The position numbers and the translations under genes were made by a program. The notes beneath the pieces are model-generated. The model saw nothing but the letters and a program-made list of their open reading frames with translations, did not search any database and was not told the origin of the DNA. From Lama guanicoe (Eukaryota), in contig MU053821.1 in assembly GCA_013239625.1 (NCBI GenBank), positions 86,193 through 142,192 of the forward strand: a DNA stretch of 56,000 nucleotides. The letters run 5' to 3'. Below are positions 47,246 through 56,000 of the stretch, piece after piece; within the stretch, counting starts at the first letter, position 1; each line of letters begins with the position of its first letter.

Positions 47246-49080
47246 CTAATGTGACATGTTTTGGGTTCCACTTTATGTGTAAACAAATACAAAAAGCAAT
47301 GCTAAAGTTCAGATGGTAGCAATGTATTAAAAATAGAGGTCACTTAAAAAAAAAAAGGTCACTTATACATGTAGGACTGTGGGCTTGTTCTGCTAGACTA
47401 GACTTAACATTGTAGAGTTGCCATATTGCAAGGAATGTTTTCAAAGGCTCTGTCAAAATATGTCTGATTCAAGCCTGTGTTGTGATTTCCTCTTTCAGAA
47501 TTAGCTTAAAGTAAGGCTTGTTATAACCAGCATTTTCAAATGTTATGGTTATGACTAAAAAAAAAAAGGAAGAGAGAAGCATAATGTGTAAATCACATAT
47601 ACATTCAGTTAATAGATCATTACACTAATTTTGAATAACCACAAATATCTTTCAATTCCCATGATCTAGCAAAGAAATTGCTTTTCATTAGTTTTGTTCT
47701 TCAGGTGTCAGGGGATAATAGAGGGACATGGGTTTCACTCCCTGTTCCTATTAGACAATGGGAAAACTAAATACATGTGGATTAACAGAGAGCTTCTTAT
47801 ATTACAGCAATTTCTGCAACCACACTATGGCAATAAATATTCTGTTCTTTTTCTGACAACAAAAAATCGCTTCAAAATTTAAATAGAGTTAGGTATTTGT
47901 GTTTCAGGAACTATTAAATAAGCACCACCTATTCTACTGGTCAGATACAACTTTCAATAAAATGTGGGGAGCTTCAAGGATGTTTGGTCATCTTCCATTT
48001 TCTACCTGGAATAAAATGTCTATACCCAAGTATTTTTGTTTGCTTTCTGTGTCCTATATTTTTTGATTCTTGAAGCAAGTGCAGATGTTCCTGAGCAGTG
48101 ATTTATCCTTAAATAATTTTAAATCATTAGGTCATGGGTTTGTAATAGCTGGAAAAAAAAGTCCATGATTTTAATTGGGCATATCCTCAAAAAAAGCAGT
48201 CTCCAATATTTAATAACAATAATAAAAATTTCTCCTTTGTGTCTGGAGAGTGGTAGCAAGGGTTGGTTTTAGAATGTTTATATTATTAAAATTTTGGAAA
48301 CACATAATACATTTACAGCATTCAAAATAAAGAAACAAAAATGAGACGTATACTCCCTTCTAACATTTCTTCTTTACTTTTACCTCTATTGACATAGAAG
48401 GAATAAAATAATCCATCAAATAGGATTAAAAAAAAGATGAAAGTAAATTTGTACTTAAAGGCTAAGAAAATTGTTTTAAGTTTAAAATATAGCTAGTATT
48501 ATAGTAAAAGACATTTGTCTAATTAGAAAAAAAATTATATTTGTTAAATCTCATGGCTATACATATTCTTTCTGTTTTTTCCTCCAAATGCCCAAGTACA
48601 CAAACTTGTCCTCCTTTAACCTGGAAAGCCCTTTCTCTCATTAATCTGCCAGTTTTTAATTTGTCATTCTAGCACTTCCAGTTATGTAGAACTTTTTGCT
48701 TCTCTCTACCGTCTTCTTCATCTACACTCTTTCTTTCCCTAAGGCTTTACCTTGTAAATTTCTCTAGCCTTGTGACTCTATGACTCTTTTGGACTCCATC
48801 TGACTCTCTCAGAGTCTCCATTTGTTTAGACATCTCCACATACTTGTTGATTAAAGTCATCTGGTCTACAAAACTTTCCCTCCCACCTTGCTCAATGGCA
48901 TCATTATTATTCAAGTCACTTGACTAGTCAACTGTATCTTGTGACTTAGACCAATCACTTCTGTCACCACCACTGGGAATCTAACCCAAACACTCTACAA
49001 ACCTCTAGCTCCCTGGGTTCAGTTTTTCCCTTATCAACTTCTTTCCTGCTACATGCCTAACATGTGAAAAGGAGTAAAAA

Positions 49081-49123
49081 TATATATATTATATATATGT
49101 ATATATATATATATATATATATA
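49081..49123 (+). repeat. (TA)n microsatellite, imperfect
   Basis: Read directly from the sequence. Confidence 0.85.
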
Positions 49124-49959
49124 ATTTGCAGGTATAACCTAAGGATACCAAAGCTCTATCAAGGAGTCTATAAAGTCTCCTTAAAGAACACATAAGAAAT
49201 TGAGAAGAGAACAACAGCAATAAATGAGAGAAATAAGACCTTGAAAATAGAACCAAAACACTGAACAAAATGTTCTAGATTGGAAGACAGTTTCCCACTC
49301 AATGAAAGGGGCTGGAACAAAGTTGTGCATCCATAGTAACATATATAATTAATTATAACTTTAACTCACTAAAGATTTCATAGTGTTATATTTCTGCTCA
49401 GGTAAAAGCCTTTGTTACAAGTCAGATATGAAGAACTCAGATGCATAAAGCCTAATTACCATTGATTAATGGTCAACATCCTACTGCTAAATAAGTTGAC
49501 CTAATAGTTACTGGCCTGGGATAATTCCCTCCTGTTGAGTAGGCATAACTTGTTGTGGCAGGTATTAACTTGTCGCAGGAACAGGTGGATACTTCAGCTG
49601 GCTTGAAGCTTTTAATTCTCCTTTCACCCTCTTCACTTCTTGACTCTCATTTCTTATCTTAAGTTCACTGCTAATCAGATATGGCTAGGTGAAATTTTCC
49701 TAAAAGAACAGAGTTCAGTAAACTGCAAAAACTGGCTTTCATTAAAATGGCTTTGATGGGTTACTGACTTTCAGAAGACATTTTCTCTGAATGAAAATTT
49801 GGTTGGTTATTATTCTGTGAGCATTAAAGGATAACACCTTGGGGCAGAAAAGGCACATCTTCCTTACAGAGTTATGCATGTAGATTCCCCCCACCTCCTT
49901 ACTGCAGAAAGGTGATATTAACCCAATACACACACTTAAGAGAGTGGGCTGGATTTAGT

Positions 49960-50555
49960 TACTCCTTTCAAAGAAGAGACTATGGACAGGCAAAGGAAAA
50001 ACAGTAGCATTACAGGAGGGAATCATGGCAGACAGCACCTTAACTAAGTGATGCATGGCTATATTTCCAGTGATGTAATATAGATTGAGGTAACTTCCAA
50101 CATACAATGAGAAGAAAAACTGCCTCTTTCCAAAAATACATAATCCTAGGCAAATGAGAAAAGCCTCAGACAAACTCAAATTGAAGAATATTCTACAAAA
50201 TTATTCTACAGAATAATAACCAACCTGAGCAGTAATACTGAAAATTGTCAAGGTCATGAAAAAATATGGAAAATGAAACTGTTGTTTGACTAAGATGACA
50301 TGATGACTAAATGCATTGTGGAATCCTGGATTAAATCTGGAACAAAAAGAGGATGTTCGATGTAAATAAAGTCTTGAGTTTCAGTAATATTAATCCACCA
50401 ATGTTTCTTACTTGTGATAAACATTCTATAGTGCTGTAAGATGTTAAAAATGAAGGAAATTTGGTGACAGATAAATGAGAAAGAACTCTGTTCTGGTTTT
50501 GCAACTTTTCCTGTAAATATAAAATTATTTTAATATAATATGTATTTAGAAAAAC
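49960..50555 (+). mobile_element. Ancient L1MC-like 3' fragment
   Basis: CAGACAAACTCAAATTGAAGAATATTCTACAAAA, GACATGATGACTAAATGCA...ATCCTGGATT and TTTGCAACTTTTCCTGTAAAT motifs. Confidence 0.75.
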
Positions 50556-52767
50556 TAAGTAACAACCATTAAATTTTTTGGTTGGCTACCAAATAGTCAA
50601 TAATTTTTTTTTAATTTCACTGTTAACACAGTGAAGATCTATCTTCCATTTATAGTTGTTTAAGGCAGGCTGCTTTAGCATAAAGCAGCTAAAATCAAAA
50701 CTATATATTTGACATGGATTCTAAACTGTATGTGATTCTATAAATCTGTAGTCTCAGTCCTAGCCTTGCCTGGAGATTTCTTGGGCAAATATAGACTACT
50801 TGAATCAGGATAGGTAAATATCCCCTGTGATTTCCTGACCCCAAGAAAATAACTAAAAGCATGTTTTCTTGAAGGTGAGTCAGAAGTACTATATTTCCAT
50901 ATGAAGACTTACATGATTATAATCAAAACTTTCATTTGACTATTAAAATTAAAGAACACGTATAAATTAACACTTTAAAATCTCTAGGAATAAGTCTAAA
51001 ATTCCTCTTTAATTAGAGAGCTATGAAATTTAAGAAACACAAATTCTATTTGGTACTGATTTTGCAAGGAAGCAAATCAAAACTTCTCCAGGGCTGAAGA
51101 GAAATTTTAATTCTTGCCTAGGGTTGTTACCTGAAATCTTTTGCCCTTTATGAAATAGACTACAAATTGGAAGACTTACCTTGTTTGGAGATGTATAATA
51201 GTGAACTGAAGTCATGATCTTTCTGGATTAGAAGTTCCATATTTTATAGTTAAATGTTGACTTATTAACTTTATCTGACTGATTCATTTCCACAAGTTTG
51301 AAGTTTTTGTTGTAATAATGAAAATAATATTCCCGGCTACCATGTCTTATTAAAAACAGAAGGCGTTTGAATACTTCAGGTAGTGGGTTTGATTTAATCA
51401 TTTACATATTTTTTCTTTTTGGTTTGTTTGTGCTTGTCTATATATTCCAAATCTGTATGTAAATATAATGTAATATAATATAAATCTATACTATATTATA
51501 AATATTATGTGTAAATATATACATATGTAACTATATTATATACATTTAAATATATTACTTTATTATGTTGAAGAATAAAACAGAATAAATTTGAAAACAA
51601 AATAGGCATAAGTATATAAAGATTTTTCATAAAGACTTACTGAGCAAAACCAAGGTATTTTGATATTTTGACCTCAGCTGTTTACCTCAATATGAATTTT
51701 TTTTCCAGGACAATCTAAAAGTTAGCCTTCAGCTTACTCTTTGCTTTTTTGTTTGTTTTGTTTTTTCCCATATGCAGCCTTGTTATTTGTACTTTATCTA
51801 ATTCTTACTTCTTAGTTTTCTTCCTCTCCTTACCATTGAAATTTAAAATTTATTCATAATAGACATCATCAGAGAGCTTACATTTACTTTAAAGTGAATT
51901 CTTGCCAAACTGCCCAAGTGGATACCCCTGGTTTTCATTATTCACAAACCTACTGCACAGTAGTAGGTATAATGGTGTAAAAATGATATCACCAAGCAAA
52001 TCTATGATAGTATTTCATGACAAAACAAAATTGTGAGTACTTTTTTTCTATCCAGTGCTAGAAAAGAAATCCATACTTTTCTTTCTTTTCTCTTCCTTTT
52101 GATATATTTGAAAAGGCAAAATTATAGATATGGTAATTTGATGCCTAAGAATTTGGATTTTGAGAAGTGAAATTGCTACTTGCCATGTTTCCTAATGACT
52201 CAGATACCTTTTCTAAGAACATAAAAATAGTGCAATCTGCTATTTTATGTCTTTAAAAGTTAGGCTTATTTGCTTTTTAACCTAATACTAACATGATTCA
52301 ACAGTTTTATCTAAGCCTAACACTGTATTATATTTAAAACAGAATGAGAACATGGAAAACTGAACATCTGAGATTTCCAATGATTATCTTAGATTGACAG
52401 CAATCTAGATATGGCTGAGTCACTTATGGTTTGATTGTCTTGGCTAATTGCCACCAATTAAATCTAAGGATTCGGGTATCATTTGGTATGTATATGTCAA
52501 ATTGTATAAAGGTCTCTCTTACCATTTTAACCTACTACCTCGGTCTTCAGTTCTAAGATCCACAAGATGCATCCCAGTTCCATTAGAAAAAGCAGTGTCC
52601 TCTTTGTAGATTTGGCATAGCCTAGGATTCTGACCCCTGAAAGAGTATCTTTTACTAACTTAATACATAAAAATATGCACCTACTAAACATTTGCATATA
52701 TAATTTTTTATTCCAGAAAGACCGAAATATTTTTCAGTGATTAACAGATTAACTTGATAATATACAG

Positions 52768-53081
52768 GAAAAAGATTTGGCAAATATGTCCAGTTATCTG
52801 TCTTTAATTGCCCATATGTTTACAATATTTTTCACATTTTTGAATGATTTTTAAAAAGAAAAAAATATATTTCAAGCATATAAGAATTATACGAAATTTA
52901 AAATTCAGTGTCCATAAATAAAGTTTTATTGGCACACTCCCAAATGCATTCACTTGCAACTTATCTGTGACTCTTCTTTTGCTACAAGGGACAATTAGTA
53001 ACTGCAATATGAAACAAATGGCCTGCAAAGTTGGAAAGATTTACTGTTTGGCCCAGTACAAAACAGATTCACTGCCCTCTA
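52768..53081. mobile_element. MER58-like hAT-Charlie DNA transposon fossil
   Basis: AAATTCAGTGTCCATAAATAAAGTTTTATTGGCACAC...TGGCCTGCAAAG...ATTTACTGTTTGGCCC signature. Confidence 0.75.
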
Positions 53082-53894
53082 GACAATAGTATTTTCAGAA
53101 GGAGAATTTAGGCACAGCATGAAATGTTTGGACAAAGAAATTACTACAATGGATTGGTATGGAATGTAAACCTAACATCCCATGTGCTATAATTTCTAAT
53201 GCATAAACTGGGAAAGTGAAAATCTGAAATTAAAGTTAAAAACATATATCAAAACCTGAACTTTGTGTATTGGGAAAGGGAACAGAATAGAACAAAAATC
53301 TTGAAGACATATATTATAACGATTGCCAAATGTTTCATTTCTGAACTAGCATGCTTCCCTTTCTGAAAGCAGAGCTGGGCCACAGTAAGCAATTGTTAAT
53401 CCTTGCTATTTAACTAATAAATGAGGGACACTTAGCTTTGATACCAGTCTGAGTAGGGCAGTGATTAGGGTAACCTTTAAAACTTAGCACCTCAAAGTAA
53501 AAACACTTCGCTGATCCTATGAATAGGCTGAGTATATATCTATATGTTAATGGTCCCCTAGAAGTGCTAAGGTCAGTTTCTCAAGAGCCTGCCTATTCCT
53601 TTTATTTTGAATGTATTTTCATCCAGTTGGGAGGAGAAATCTAAGATTACATTTTCAATAGTTTATAGACAAAAATGGCCACTGGCGGAGGAGGGACATG
53701 GCTAAGAAAAGTAGTTGTTTGTAACTTCTCATTTGCCTATGTGTACATACTAATGTTTTGTTTTGAAATAACCTCAGTATAGAAGTTCATGTAAATAAAT
53801 TATAAATACATAATGTATATATTTGTATATATTTGTGTTCTTAAACATTTACTGCTAGTTGTAATATCTGCTAATCAGAAAGTTGGGCATTCCC

Positions 53895-54405
53895 TGTCTT
53901 AGGCTTTTTATTGCTATGTAAGAAAGTACAACAAAGCTAGTGGCATAGAACAATACATTCATAATCTAATAGTTTCTTTCTGTTAGGAGTCTGATGATGG
54001 TTCATAGGGTTCTTTGTTAAGAGTCTCACAAGACTAAATTTAAAATATTGACTGGGATTACATTCTAACTTGGAATCTCACAAGCCTCTGTGGTTATTTG
54101 AAGAATTAATTTCTGTAGTTGTGCCTTGCTACTTTAAGGTCAGCAAGAGAAATTCTTTATGATTCAGAGAAGGTCTTAAGCCCTCTTTTATAGGATATCC
54201 AACTGATTAAATCAGACATATCCAAGATAGTCTTCGTTTTGGTAACCTAACTGATTAGAACTTCAGTTATGTTTTCAAAATTCCTTTATCTTTGCCATAA
54301 TGTAATAGACCTAGTGATAACTGTCACCCTTGTATATAACTGGGAACATGGCACAATACCAGGTAATAAAAATCATGAATGTCACTGTAAATTTTGCCTA
54401 TTATA
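53895..54405 (-). mobile_element. MLT1-like MaLR solo LTR
   Basis: TATTGCTATGTAAGAAAGTACAACAAAGCTAGTGGCATAGAACAATAC...TCTCACAAGACTAAA...AATTTTGCCTATTATA, typical of antisense MLT1. Confidence 0.72.
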
Positions 54406-56000
54406 GTTCCAATCAGAAAAAGCATGCTTCCTAGAGTCAGAGAGAGAGCTAACTTTGTATCTGAGCTCTCCCAGATAAAAGCTCTTTGACTAAACAAGTA
54501 ATTCAACCTTTCTATGTTTTACTTCCATTAATTGTAGACTTATGTAAACCCATGATTATTCAGCACCTACTTTTTGTTCTAGTGCTACAATTAAATCAAA
54601 TAATATTTATAAAGGATATAGCACAGTGACTGGCAAATGGCAAGTGGTTAATAAATGACATATTCATTTTCAGACAAGAGGAAAACAATGTTTAACATCT
54701 CCAAAGTATTTATCACTACATCTTTAAGAGAAAGGCAAGAGGGTAAAAATTAAGAATATATATCAGTCCTGGTGTTGTAATAAAAAGGGCTTACTCTGGT
54801 GATAATTAAGAACAAGTTAACTAAACAAAGGATGCTTTAACACAAAGTGAGGCACCATATGTAAAAGCTGCTACATTCAATAAATATTATTTGAATTTAA
54901 ATCTGGACAGTTACACTTGCTTAATAATTGTCTATGGATTAATTGATGTGGTTATCTTTAAAAAAGTCAAATCACTTGCTTAAGTGAATTATTTCTTTCC
55001 TTTTGCTGTTACACATAGAACTATTTGAATATGTGGCTACTCTCTTCTTCCCTGATCTAAGCTATTAATATAATACAGAAATACCAAGTGTAATAAAATT
55101 TGCCAAAGATCTTAGTAAAGTATGTGTAGCAATGAAGAATATAAATATCCCACCAGGACCCATAGTTTCTATACTGAACAATAGTTCTTAATCACTTCCT
55201 AGAAAAAGCCTGCACTAAATTCTATTCTTCTGTAAAGGAGAGGGGAAAAAAAATAAAAACAAAACTCATCAAGAAAGAAAACTTCAAAAAACCCCACTCT
55301 ATATTTGCTTATGCCTTTGGACTAAAAAGAAACAGATTCTCCAAATGACAGACTTCCTGTACTCCAGAGAATGCACGACCAGGGTTACCATGTGCTCACA
55401 CAAGTAGGCAAACAGAAATCACACAGGGTGGGCTTTTGTATCCTCACTATATTGGCTTCTTATTTCCCAGAATGCCTTCTGGCCTGGGAACAGGGAGAGA
55501 GCCTGATTGCCAAGGAACCCTCTTCAGGGTGGCTACTGTGAATGTGGGCGGTGTCTGGGGAGACAGGGAAAGGAAAGGAAAATACCTGGGGGCAGGGACT
55601 GTGCCCTCTAGTAACTCAAACACCGTCGAACTCCTGCCATGCCTGGTGGATCGAGATCCTGTGAGATCCAGCAGGAACAAAGAAACAGTATGGCTGGGAG
55701 ATAATTTCTTATTTCACCACAAATCCTTATATATATTCTTCCTACTTTTATTAGTAGATAATTAGAGGCACAGATTAATGGAAACAACCATCGAGAAGTT
55801 TCCAATCATCCATACATTTCACATTGTGTCAATATAAATAGAAATAATTCTTTTGGATTTTACATGGACTTATTATCAACCCTTTTAAATATCTATTTGA
55901 TAATTTAAATATATTTATTTGCATGAAGTGAGATGTTTAGGTAATGAGCAGACAATTAATTCACATATATTTAAGAAGCAGCCACTGTAAGCCAATGTGA

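Noticed and set aside
55436..55805. ORFs of 65-109 aa in a GC-richer patch as a host gene
   Set aside because: No recognisable domain, mostly non-ATG starts and no CpG island.

Overview
Mammalian genomic DNA. The L1 UTR style and absence of Alu, B1, SINEC, Bov or PRE1 SINEs suggest a camelid or other non-ruminant cetartiodactyl (inference). I found no recognisable host protein-coding gene. Positions 1-46 kb are almost all nested retroelements. (A) A minus-strand ERV1 provirus (468-19636, tRNA-Ser PBS, GTAT TSD) contains (B) a plus-strand env-less gamma-like provirus (4863-13102, tRNA-Arg PBS), which itself carries two solo LTRs. An ORF2-deleted L1 splits the 5' LTR of A. Several L1s of different ages follow. 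(C) A nearly complete minus-strand gamma-like provirus (36204-44731, tRNA-Thr PBS, CTCT TSD) is inserted in an L2. Positions 46-56 kb are AT-rich with ancient L1MC, MER58 and MLT1 fragments. The most interesting signals are in provirus C: an open 342-aa signal peptide + SU Env frame with an RDR/ASCT2-type motif, frameshifted just before the furin site; a 58-aa hydrophobic ORF overlapping the env start; loss of the polyA signal in the 5' LTR only; and a decayed candidate pre-gag ORF. All family names are by-eye assignments, not database results.
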